64,000 bases of DNA from positions 1 through 64,000 of the IMG/VR virus record IMGVR_UViG_3300043409_001033; one strand, 5' to 3'. A program made the position numbers and the translations under genes. The DNA comes from a virus. Positions 20,099 to 29,059 of this stretch are shown piece by piece (the first letter of the stretch is position 1; the number at the start of each line of letters is the position of its first letter). Under the pieces are notes generated by a model. The model was given only the letters and a program-made list of their open reading frames with translations. It searched no databases and was not told where the DNA came from.

Positions 20099-21178
20099 TT
20101 AGAAACCAATCTTCTTTGTATTAAGTTTAACTTTTGGTTGTTGATATTCAATATTATAAATATCTGCTAATGTCATTGGTGCTTCTGTTATGTAATCTAA
20201 ATCAAGTTCCTTTAGTAGATTATTTGATTGTTCAACATTTAATTTAGAAAATTTATGTTCTGCTATCAATCTTCCTTTTCTTAATAAAGCAGGGTCTATT
20301 CGTTCCCTTTCCATATTAAAAGTAGCAATAACATAAATGTTTAACAAATCTCCATAAATACCATCGGTTAAATTTAATAAATTAGATACACCACCACTGC
20401 TATCTTGTGAAATATTTCTATCGGTTAAAACTTTTTCTGCATCTTCTAAAATAAGAATAGAGTTATTGTTATTTATCAAAAAATCTGTAAAATCTGGATT
20501 AGTGATGCAATTTATTAAGTTAGGTGGAATAAAAATAACTGGTTTATTGAAATCTGATACCATATATTTTATAAGATTACTTTTACCTGTCCCTGCTTCT
20601 CTATGCAATAATATTAGTTTTCCATTAGACTTATCTTCATTGACAGATGAAATAATTGTATCATAAATTGGTTTAAATTCTTTTGAGTAGTGTGTTTCAA
20701 TATTTAAAATTGGTCTTTGGAGTTTCAACGAAACAGTAGTTAAGCCATTCTTAGTTGTTCTAAGTAGATTGATGTTATTTACACCATCTTTTATTAAATT
20801 ATCGAAGCAAGTCTCGATTAATTCTAATATAAACTTAGATTTATTTTCTATGTAATAAATTTTAACTTCATTTCCAATCCCCCAATCGTTTGTAGTAATT
20901 ACAATACCTGATTTGTATTCAAAAGTATACATCGCATCCCATTTAGAAGTAGGTGTTATTCCTGTTCTCGATTGTATCAATGGATATTTTAAAAATATGT
21001 CATAATTAACGTTATTGAGTTTCACATAATTTACAACTTGTTTTGGAAAGAGTCTTTTAAAATAATTAATTACAACATTACTCGTAAATTCTTCGTTACA
21101 ATTATCATGTAATCCATCTAATTGTAAATTAGCATTTGGTAAATTTTTTAAAATTTCTTCTTTTAGTTCTTTTGTCAT
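20099..21178 (-). CDS. AAA+ ATPase
   Basis: Walker A HREAGTGKS (first Gly replaced by Arg), Walker B ILEDAE, LLNLTDG, ATFN and IDPALLRKGR (second region of homology). Confidence 0.9.
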   Translation of the reverse strand: MTKELKEEILKNLPNANLQLDGLHDNCNEEFTSNVVINYFKRLFPKQVVNYVKLNNVNYDIFLKYPLIQSRTGITPTSKWDAMYTFEYKSGIVITTNDWGIGNEVKIYYIENKSKFILELIETCFDNLIKDGVNNINLLRTTKNGLTTVSLKLQRPILNIETHYSKEFKPIYDTIISSVNEDKSNGKLILLHREAGTGKSNLIKYMVSDFNKPVIFIPPNLINCITNPDFTDFLINNNNSILILEDAEKVLTDRNISQDSSGGVSNLLNLTDGIYGDLLNIYVIATFNMERERIDPALLRKGRLIAEHKFSKLNVEQSNNLLKELDLDYITEAPMTLADIYNIEYQQPKVKLNTKKIGF

Positions 21179-21218
21179 ATTATTTGTTAGTTTTATTTTT
21201 TTGTAAAGATAATTGTTA

Positions 21219-24068
21219 TTATTTGAATTTCAAAATTAATTCATCTTTTGTTTTACCATTTTTTGATAAATGTTTTGCAACATTATTTCTAAGATAGAAA
21301 GTTTCGTATTTTTTGTCGGTAAATAAATACTCTAAATCTTTTGGAATGTTCAATAACAAATTATCATATTTTAATAAAGCGGAAATGAAAGTGTCTTTCC
21401 AATGTTCAATATTGTAATAAATTTGTTGATTTGAATAAGTCTCTAAATCATAATAAGGAATTGATGTAAAAACTAAATCAAATTTATTTTCAAAACTTGA
21501 ATCATCAAAATCTTCAAATCTACAATTAAAAATCTTAACATTATTGAAATTTTTTGAAAGTTCTATCAATTCATTATAAGTATCAATATTTGGTTCACAA
21601 CCAATATAAGTACCATTTGGATAAATAGACTTAAATCCTAATAATCTACCACCAAATCCACAACAAGGGTCTAATACAATTGGTTTTTGTTTATTACCAA
21701 TAAATTCTTTATAAATAGCTCCTGCAACCAAAGGTTTAAAAAATGAGATTGTTCCTCTAATAGCAGAAATTCCTTTTAAAATTTGTTTATAAGATAAATC
21801 AAAAACTTCACCAGATTCATTTAATCCAATTCTATATTCAACTATTTTTCTCAAAGTTTCATTGTCTTGATACATTTGATAAGCAGTTAATTTATGTCCT
21901 TTGTATTTGGAATGAAAATAACTTTTGAATATAGATTTTAAATATGTAACTCCAACAGGATAAGCATTATTTTTGAATACTTTATCCTGTCTATCATACA
22001 CCTTAGACATATCATAATTATTAATAGTCAATGCAATATCAACAATAGAATTATTTGAAGTTGGGTATGGGAACTCTGGTTCGTATATTTTCAATAGTCT
22101 TATAATAGGCGAAACCATATCTTTTAAAAAAGAATCTCCTGATAATGGGGAATTTTTATGATTAATAAAATAATCTCTACTCATAATAACTTGATTATGA
22201 GGAATTGTTTGTTCAACTACTCTATTATATTTTTCTAAATCTTCTAATGATTGTAATTTAGGAACATCTAAATCTAATATTCTATAATCGACCTTTCCAA
22301 ATTTTCTTTTATCTCCAATAGCACCTGTTAATTGGTCTTTGTTTAGATTTTCTTTTTTCATAGGATGATAATATGAACCATCAATTTCTACCAATAGATT
22401 TTGTTCTGGTAAATAAAAATCAATTAAACCAAATTCTTGTGGGTATTGTGAAATATAAGGTATATTCAATCTTTCGCAAAAGTTTTTAAAAGCTAATTCT
22501 CCTTTAGTATCTCTCTTTTTTTGGTTAGAACCTCTCAAAATAGCACTTCTACTCATTTTAGCTCTTGTTTCGTCTGTTAACAAAGAACCGTCCCAAATAG
22601 GAGGTGGTGTATGTTCTTTTATATAATCTCTACAATATGAAACTTCGCCTTTATCGTTTCTACCACTCTCTAATATAGTAACTTTTTGTCCACAATTGTT
22701 TTCACATTTACACGTAGGATGAATATCATTAAAAATATATTTCAAAATATAGTCTTTTTTTGTAATATTATGATTACGCTTAACGTGTTTTGATAACATA
22801 AACTCACTAAGCATTTTTTGATTACAAATTTTACAAAACAAATTTGAGTTTTCTAATTTTTGGTTTAATTCAATAACATGAGGTCTAAATTCTCCAAATG
22901 TTTCTGTATATCTCCTAATGTTCCATTCTGGGTGTTTGTGTGCTAAGTGAGTTCTAATTCCATGCACTGTGTTTTCTTGATTACAAATTTTACAAACATG
23001 AATAGAATTATCAACTATTATTTTAGGCTCTTGTTTTGGTTTTAAATTAGCAATTTTATTTAACAATTTTTCATTTTTGATAGCATCTTTTTCAACCTTA
23101 GCAATATGTCTAAGAATAGACTTTTGAAAAGATTTTTGTTGTCTTAATTGTTCTTTTGCTAATTCCTTTTCTTCTTTAGTTTTGATATTATATAATGATT
23201 TCTTTGTTTGTATCTGTTTTTCAATATTTACATAATTTGAATCACCATATTTTTCTAATTTAGTTTGTTTAATTTTATCCGATGATGTTGGGATAAACAT
23301 TGCATTTTCAACACCGTGTTTAGATAATAAAGTAGCTTTCATATTTTCATATTTCAATTTAGCTACTTCTGGTTTGTCTGGTTGTCTTTCTCTATGATGA
23401 TTCAAATAATACTGGAAATAGTTATTATCTCTTAACTCTCTTTTGTCTGAAAATAGGGTTGGTTGACCGCATCCACATAAACATAATGGTGCGATACCTT
23501 TTAATTTTACATTTAGATAATAATCCTTTTTTGATAAGTTATGTTCTTTCTTTAAATGTCTAACAAATTCTCCCGAATTAGATAATGTTTTGTTACATAC
23601 TTCGCATAAGTGAGGTTCATTGATGAATCTTTCCGAATCTTGTTTGATGACGCTTTCTTTAGGTACATAATTAGGTTTAGTTTTCATTGTCTCCGCCTTT
23701 TTCTCATTAACTTCCTTAGATTTAGAGATATGTTCTACACCATACTTTTTTAACCAAGTTTGTTTTTGATTTTCTTTAGCCTTTTGTTTACTTTCTTCTG
23801 AAAGTGGTTCTCTCGGAGAATGATTTCGAGCGTATTCATAAAAATAAGCTCTATTTAGGTATTTAGATTCTTGCCTAAAACCTACTAATTTATCACAATC
23901 TTCTTTACACATACATTTTGGATGGTGTCCATCAAATATATGTTCTATAAGATAATCTTTCAATTCTACTTCATGTTTTCTCAAATGAAGTGTGAAAGTT
24001 CTCGGAGTTTCAAAAGTTTCTCCACATATTTTACATTTTTTGTAAAATTCACTTAGGTTGTCAATCAT
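21219..24068 (-). CDS. multi-zinc-finger / Vsr-DUF559-like endonuclease / DNA amino-methyltransferase fusion
   Basis: Four C2H2 fingers, three CxCx(1-3)C..H units, three K(Y/H)G repeats, NUMOD3-like LTDETRAKMS, nuclease IDFYLPEQNLLVEIDGSYYH, MTase motif I VLDPCCGFGGRLLG and motif IV FTSIPYY. Start moved from TTG 24134 to ATG 24068 because the extension overlaps a terminator and a promoter motif. Confidence 0.82.
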   Translation of the reverse strand: MIDNLSEFYKKCKICGETFETPRTFTLHLRKHEVELKDYLIEHIFDGHHPKCMCKEDCDKLVGFRQESKYLNRAYFYEYARNHSPREPLSEESKQKAKENQKQTWLKKYGVEHISKSKEVNEKKAETMKTKPNYVPKESVIKQDSERFINEPHLCEVCNKTLSNSGEFVRHLKKEHNLSKKDYYLNVKLKGIAPLCLCGCGQPTLFSDKRELRDNNYFQYYLNHHRERQPDKPEVAKLKYENMKATLLSKHGVENAMFIPTSSDKIKQTKLEKYGDSNYVNIEKQIQTKKSLYNIKTKEEKELAKEQLRQQKSFQKSILRHIAKVEKDAIKNEKLLNKIANLKPKQEPKIIVDNSIHVCKICNQENTVHGIRTHLAHKHPEWNIRRYTETFGEFRPHVIELNQKLENSNLFCKICNQKMLSEFMLSKHVKRNHNITKKDYILKYIFNDIHPTCKCENNCGQKVTILESGRNDKGEVSYCRDYIKEHTPPPIWDGSLLTDETRAKMSRSAILRGSNQKKRDTKGELAFKNFCERLNIPYISQYPQEFGLIDFYLPEQNLLVEIDGSYYHPMKKENLNKDQLTGAIGDKRKFGKVDYRILDLDVPKLQSLEDLEKYNRVVEQTIPHNQVIMSRDYFINHKNSPLSGDSFLKDMVSPIIRLLKIYEPEFPYPTSNNSIVDIALTINNYDMSKVYDRQDKVFKNNAYPVGVTYLKSIFKSYFHSKYKGHKLTAYQMYQDNETLRKIVEYRIGLNESGEVFDLSYKQILKGISAIRGTISFFKPLVAGAIYKEFIGNKQKPIVLDPCCGFGGRLLGFKSIYPNGTYIGCEPNIDTYNELIELSKNFNNVKIFNCRFEDFDDSSFENKFDLVFTSIPYYDLETYSNQQIYYNIEHWKDTFISALLKYDNLLLNIPKDLEYLFTDKKYETFYLRNNVAKHLSKNGKTKDELILKFK

Positions 24069-24088
24069 ACGTCTTTTAGTAATTGTAA

Positions 24089-24098
24089 TTATAAATAT
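24089..24098 (-). promoter_or_regulatory. late-promoter-like motif ATATTTATAA
   Basis: Exact 10-mer 20 nt upstream of ATG 24068. Confidence 0.65.
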
Positions 24099-24114
24099 AC
24101 AACCAAAGGTAAAC

Positions 24115-24153
24115 AAAAAAAGTTTCAAACTCAATTAAGAATTTGAAACTTTT
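24115..24153 (-). terminator. intrinsic terminator after the major capsid gene
   Basis: AAAGTTTCAAAT...GTTTGAAACTTT inverted repeat running into a T7 tract. Confidence 0.75.
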
Positions 24154-24220
24154 TAAAATTTGATAAAAAATAATAAAATATTATGTATTTATTGTATTAT
24201 TTCGATATTTTTTATCTTAA

Positions 24221-25816
24221 TTACACCGTATGAAGTCCGCCAACAATTACATCTCCAAAAAATGAGTTTCTAAGGGCAGTTTTAGCATATCGGGTCAACA
24301 TGAACTTATTAGGGGTAGCTGTATTATAATTATAAATCAAAGGTGTAACTTCGAGAGGAATATAAGGACATAAAGCGGCTCCTGCTTCTAAGAAGTTTGC
24401 ACCTTTAAAGCCCATTAACAAGCGGTTCTCAGTATAATAAGGGTTTTTGAACACTTTATATTGAGAGTTGAATGAACCTACACGTGTATTACCTAAACCA
24501 GACGTAGCTTTACCTACTTCGGCATCAGACATATAACCAGCCATCGACTCTAACACGTTAGCAACTTTTGGCGATACAACAATGAAGTTAGCTTCACCTC
24601 TTACAGTTTTTTGCAAGATAGAGTTAGACACTTTATTGATTTTTGTACCCAAAGTTCTAAACCAATCTTGTTGAGAGTTATAATAACCAGAAGTCATTGG
24701 TGTGAACGCAGTGCCAGTAGAGTTGATTTGGATGTTGTTTTCAGCAGTCCAATAATCACGAGTACCACCAGCAGGCACAGCACTTGAAATCATATCTAAT
24801 ACTTCTAAGTCGATTTCTCTTGCGATACTATCAGACATCATACCAGTAATTTCAGATTCCAAGTCGATACCTTGATACGCCTTAACGTCCTGTATCATTT
24901 CTTGTGTCCATTGCCCTTTTAATTTACGAGTTTTAGCAGAAACTTGTTTTGAAGTCCATTCAGCATAGAACTCAGGAATGTTCAATGAACCAGTTCTATC
25001 TTCAAAGTCACCACGAGCATTATCAACAGTTTGTTTTTGGTAATAAACCAAAGCAGTACCATTTACAACGTTTGCACTTGAACCAGATACCACGAAGATA
25101 ACGTTAGTACCAGTTCCATCGGTAACAGTATACTGTTGATAAACGTTAGCTGGAACAACACCAGAACCAGACAAAGTGAAACCTCTTACAGCCAACACAT
25201 CATAAGATGGTAAAGATGAAGTTGGTACAGATACTAATTTGATTTCGTTACGAGCAACAGAACCAGATAAAGATGAATCAAACCAAACATCTTTAAATGA
25301 ACCAGATGTTACAGTTGTTGATGCAGAAGCAGAGTTTGGTGCAAGTGAATACGTGAAACGACCAGAACCATACAAACCACCAGAAACATCAGCACCAGTA
25401 TCAGTGATACCATATACAGAATCTCCGCTTGTAAATGGTGATTTAGAGTTTGCATATTTGAAATCCAAATAGAACACTAAACCAGTTGGCATTTGCAATG
25501 GTTGAATAGAAACAAACTCTTTTGCAGAAATCAAGTCAGCAAATACCTTACGTACTAAAGGTAAGATAACACCAGCAACTTGTTCACCAGTTCCACCCGG
25601 ATAAGTAGCACCACCTAAGTTAGTTTGGTTAGTTGTTTCTTTTAAAATGTGACCTAATTGGTTATGTAAAAGGTTTGCCATTTGAACTTTTTCAATTGGA
25701 TTCAAGCCTTCCAATAAACCAATTTTCTCATACATTCCTACTTTCTCAGTAGATTTTTGATATTGTTCGTTGATTGCTTTTCTTTGATAATCAGCGAATT
25801 GTTGGAAATTTGACAT
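24221..25816 (-). CDS. gp23: major capsid protein (T4 gp23-like)
   Basis: LPLVRKVF, VSIQPLQMPTGLVFYLDF, AKTRKLKGQWTQEMIQD, EIDLEVL, CPYIPL and LTRYAK. Confidence 0.97.
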   Translation of the reverse strand: MSNFQQFADYQRKAINEQYQKSTEKVGMYEKIGLLEGLNPIEKVQMANLLHNQLGHILKETTNQTNLGGATYPGGTGEQVAGVILPLVRKVFADLISAKEFVSIQPLQMPTGLVFYLDFKYANSKSPFTSGDSVYGITDTGADVSGGLYGSGRFTYSLAPNSASASTTVTSGSFKDVWFDSSLSGSVARNEIKLVSVPTSSLPSYDVLAVRGFTLSGSGVVPANVYQQYTVTDGTGTNVIFVVSGSSANVVNGTALVYYQKQTVDNARGDFEDRTGSLNIPEFYAEWTSKQVSAKTRKLKGQWTQEMIQDVKAYQGIDLESEITGMMSDSIAREIDLEVLDMISSAVPAGGTRDYWTAENNIQINSTGTAFTPMTSGYYNSQQDWFRTLGTKINKVSNSILQKTVRGEANFIVVSPKVANVLESMAGYMSDAEVGKATSGLGNTRVGSFNSQYKVFKNPYYTENRLLMGFKGANFLEAGAALCPYIPLEVTPLIYNYNTATPNKFMLTRYAKTALRNSFFGDVIVGGLHTV

Positions 25817-25818
25817 AG

Positions 25819-26745
25819 TTATTTACCTAAGTTTTTTTTGATTTTTAATGCAAAAGAGTCCATTTGATTAGATTCTTTTAAAATTGATTGAGTTTTTGGT
25901 GCTGGGTTTGTGTTTCTGAAAATACCTTCTTTGATTGCAGTCTTAGAATTGATTTTCTTTGGTTCAACCTTTTCTTTTTTGTTTTTGTAAGATTCTGCTA
26001 AAAGTGAATAAGCTCTTGTAATCTCTTCAACTGATTTCATTGAATCAAAAGATTCAGAAATTTTGATAACTTGTTCTTGCGGTAATTTAACCTCCGAAGT
26101 AAGTTTGTTTAAATACTTAATATGAGTAGCGGTTAATAAAGATTCATTCAAAGATTGTTTCAAAATCTTAATAGCTTCTTTCAATTGAGCATTTTCTTGT
26201 TTTAAACTTTGAAGTTCAGCATTAGAAGTTTCAGCAGTTTGAGTTTGAATACCAATTTCTTGTAAAATTGTTTCTAACATAGCATCTTCATCAAGACCAT
26301 CTTCACTTGAATCTCCACCCATATCAGGCATTTCAGAGCTATCTTCTGTTCCTGCTTCATCACCTAAAAGACTTGAAACAACATCGGTAATCATTGCTTG
26401 TAAGTCAGCTTTAGTTAATTGTGAGATTGGTGTATCGTCTCCAGATTCTTCTCCTCCCATTTCTGTTTCAGGAGCTTCTTCTGTTTCTGTTTCAGATGTT
26501 TCGTCTTCTGTTTCTTCCTCAGATTCTTCTTCGTTTAATCCGAAATCGAAAATTTCTTGCATTGATTCATCTTCATCTTCGGTATCATCGTAACTATCTT
26601 CGGCTTCTTGTAATTTAGCGTCAACCATAGATTTAATCGTTGGAGCTAATTGTTCAGTTAAAGAATCCTCAAATTTTTTACGCATCATGGTTTGAATATT
26701 CTTCGCTTCAAGAATAACATCAAGTTTTTCGTCTTTTTTTGACAT
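25819..26745 (-). CDS. prohead scaffold/core protein (T4 gp22-like)
   Basis: Very acidic and coiled-coil, with many L/I-x-E sites; lies between protease and capsid genes. Confidence 0.8.
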   Translation of the reverse strand: MSKKDEKLDVILEAKNIQTMMRKKFEDSLTEQLAPTIKSMVDAKLQEAEDSYDDTEDEDESMQEIFDFGLNEEESEEETEDETSETETEEAPETEMGGEESGDDTPISQLTKADLQAMITDVVSSLLGDEAGTEDSSEMPDMGGDSSEDGLDEDAMLETILQEIGIQTQTAETSNAELQSLKQENAQLKEAIKILKQSLNESLLTATHIKYLNKLTSEVKLPQEQVIKISESFDSMKSVEEITRAYSLLAESYKNKKEKVEPKKINSKTAIKEGIFRNTNPAPKTQSILKESNQMDSFALKIKKNLGK

Positions 26746-26755
26746 TGTTATTTTT

Positions 26756-26823
26756 ATTGGATATATCTATTGGAGATACAATTGGATTGGATTTGAAAAG
26801 AGAAGCAATATTGGGAGTTGCTT
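26756..26823 (-). promoter_or_regulatory. structured 5' leader of the scaffold/capsid operon with five CCAAT repeats
   Basis: Plus-strand ATTGG at 26756, 26769, 26781, 26786 and 26810; two copies lie in hairpin loops (TATCT-CCAAT-AGATA and AAGCAA-CTCCCAATA-TTGCTT). Confidence 0.45.
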
Positions 26824-26942
26824 ATGTGTAATTCAATAATAGATATAGAACTATTAAAAATTTATATTCATTTTTTATATAATTTTATAAAGAATCTATT
26901 GTACTTTATAAAGAACTTTTCAAAAATGTATAAAAAATGGGT

Positions 26943-27569
26943 CTATCGACCCAAAATTTGATTTAAAATATGATTTAACTTACTATATTGCTCTTCAACT
27001 TGATAAGAAACAATATTTTCTTGCACAACTTCGGGACTACCACTTCCCAAAATAGAACCATGATTAGAATTTCTTGTAACTAAATCATAAGCTATAATAT
27101 CTAATGATTCAACAATAATATCATCTCCTCTTTGAGAAGTATTTCCCAAACTTCTTGAAGAAACCCCTACTTTATCTCCTAATTTTAAAAACTTAGCAAC
27201 TCTTTGACCTTGTGGAATTTCGGGAAAATCATAAATAGCAATATTTCCATATAATTTATTACCTTTCCACCAAGTATCAACTATTTTATGAGAAACGGTT
27301 TCATATTTTACTTCGGCATCATCATAATGGTCTAATGAACCATATAATTCATTAGAGTTTTTTAATCCCATGTATCTTTCAATAGATTCTTTCAAAACAG
27401 AATAAGGATAAATCCTTCCATTTCCGTTTCTTTCATCAGCAGTTGATAATAAAGTAGGAATTATTAATAATCCATTATCAGATTGTTTATATGACTCGGT
27501 TAATTGTTGTTTTGACAATTGTAAATAACCTAAACTTTCCGTTAATAATTGTTTATTTTGATTTTGCAT
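26943..27569 (-). CDS. gp21: prohead core protease (T4 gp21-like)
   Basis: NGNGRIYP, YGSLDH, VSH, GVSSRSLG and YDLV. Confidence 0.93.
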   Translation of the reverse strand: MQNQNKQLLTESLGYLQLSKQQLTESYKQSDNGLLIIPTLLSTADERNGNGRIYPYSVLKESIERYMGLKNSNELYGSLDHYDDAEVKYETVSHKIVDTWWKGNKLYGNIAIYDFPEIPQGQRVAKFLKLGDKVGVSSRSLGNTSQRGDDIIVESLDIIAYDLVTRNSNHGSILGSGSPEVVQENIVSYQVEEQYSKLNHILNQILGR

Positions 27570-29052
27570 TTTTTGTTTTTGGTTTAGTAGGAATAGGTTT
27601 TGTCATATTCACTAAAACAGTTTTTAAAATGGTAATATTTGATAAATAATCTTTGTCTATTTTTTGTTTTATAACAGGTTTTTTGTATAATTGATTAGAT
27701 AAATTATCTATCATTGCTTTATATTCATTTTTGTCTTTGTTATAAAGTTTTTTTAACTTTTCGATAGATTTATTAAATTTATCATCGTCTTTAGTTTCAC
27801 TTTTTATTAAAGAATATATTGCTCTCTGTGGAGTATTTGATTCTATACTGTCATTGCCTGTTAATATTTTTAATAGTCTTTTATAAGCACTTTCAATACT
27901 ATCTAACTTGATATTCTTTTGGTCATTTTTTATTAAGAAATATTCATTATTGTCTTTATCAAACACGTGGGGATAAAATACTACTTCTTTACCATCTTTA
28001 TTAAAACTAAGTTTATATTTTTTAGTTTTATTATTTATAATATTTGATATTAATTTCCAATCATTAAATTCAGCGTTGTTTATAACTGTTTTGAATTGTT
28101 TTGCTAATACAGAAGGGTCTTTGACCTTTTGTTTTAGTGATTGGGTTAATGGTATCTCTTGAGAAGTACTTGTTTCACCTGTTTCACCCTCATCTGGTGT
28201 TATAGAGGTTGACTTTGTAGTAGAATCGTCTTCTGGCGAGGTGTTTAATTCAAACTCTTGTCTTTTACCTCCTACTGTTGGTTGATGGATTCCACTTGAT
28301 GTTGGTTTAGATTTTTTATTTAGTTCTTTTTTCTCTTTCTTGGTTGGTTGAGCTAATTTTAAGAAATACTTTTGAGCAATTTCAAAATCATCAAATTTCT
28401 TTTCTTTATTAAAAGTATCTTTTACACCATATTGAATATTTTCTCCTTGAGTATTAATTATTAATGATAAATCTTTATCTGCTTTTGATATTAATAGAAT
28501 ATTTTGAAAAGGTTTATTAGTTTTATTCTTTTGTAATCTAATATCAATTGGTTTCCAACCCCAAGATTTTGTAGTTGATAATATTGAATCAAATTTTCTT
28601 TTTAAGAATGAGTAACTTGGTTCTTCTTGGTTTGATAAAGGTTCTTTTAATAAAGTTATTAATTCTGTGTTGGCTTCTTTTAATGTTGGAAATTCTTCTA
28701 ATTTGTCTATTGATTCATATTCTGAATTATAGGTTGAATAAGTTGAATTTTTATTATCTACCGATATTATTATTCCTACTTTTGTAGATTCTCTTTGAAA
28801 ATATATTTCATTATTGTATGTTGGTGTTGAAGTTGTCTCTACGTGGGAACTTACCTTTGACCAACCTAAAGAAAGAGCTTGTTGCTCTAAATTCTTAAAA
28901 TAATTTTCGGTATATTTTCTAAAAGGATTTTCTACTTTTGGTAATCTTGGAATAGATTTCTTTTTTGGCTTTTCTATTTGAACAGGTTGTGTTGGGGTTG
29001 ATTTTTTGTTTATCAACCCACTAAAGAAATCAGCAAAACCTTCATTAGTCAT
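27553..29052 (-). CDS. hypothetical protein with three diverged ~85-aa repeats, possible internal head protein
   Basis: Repeat cores ALSLGWSKV, TKSWGWKPI and AEFNDWKLI, each ending in a helix (LKEANTELITL, FEIAQKYFLKL, IESAYKRLLKI); N-terminal MTNE-GF. Confidence 0.65.
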   Translation of the reverse strand: MTNEGFADFFSGLINKKSTPTQPVQIEKPKKKSIPRLPKVENPFRKYTENYFKNLEQQALSLGWSKVSSHVETTSTPTYNNEIYFQRESTKVGIIISVDNKNSTYSTYNSEYESIDKLEEFPTLKEANTELITLLKEPLSNQEEPSYSFLKRKFDSILSTTKSWGWKPIDIRLQKNKTNKPFQNILLISKADKDLSLIINTQGENIQYGVKDTFNKEKKFDDFEIAQKYFLKLAQPTKKEKKELNKKSKPTSSGIHQPTVGGKRQEFELNTSPEDDSTTKSTSITPDEGETGETSTSQEIPLTQSLKQKVKDPSVLAKQFKTVINNAEFNDWKLISNIINNKTKKYKLSFNKDGKEVVFYPHVFDKDNNEYFLIKNDQKNIKLDSIESAYKRLLKILTGNDSIESNTPQRAIYSLIKSETKDDDKFNKSIEKLKKLYNKDKNEYKAMIDNLSNQLYKKPVIKQKIDKDYLSNITILKTVLVNMTKPIPTKPKTKNAKSK

Positions 29053-29059
29053 ATTTTAA

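Noticed and set aside
20270-20610. Possible AGA-to-Gly recoding suggested by the Walker A Arg
   Set aside because: The same gene uses AGA for its conserved arginine-finger residues (LLRKGR), so AGA encodes Arg.
24069-24134. Signal-peptide-like N-terminus MSLKLFLFTFGCIFIITIT on the 971-aa protein
   Set aside because: It is a translation of the terminator T-tract and promoter motif from a TTG; ATG 24068 is the better start.
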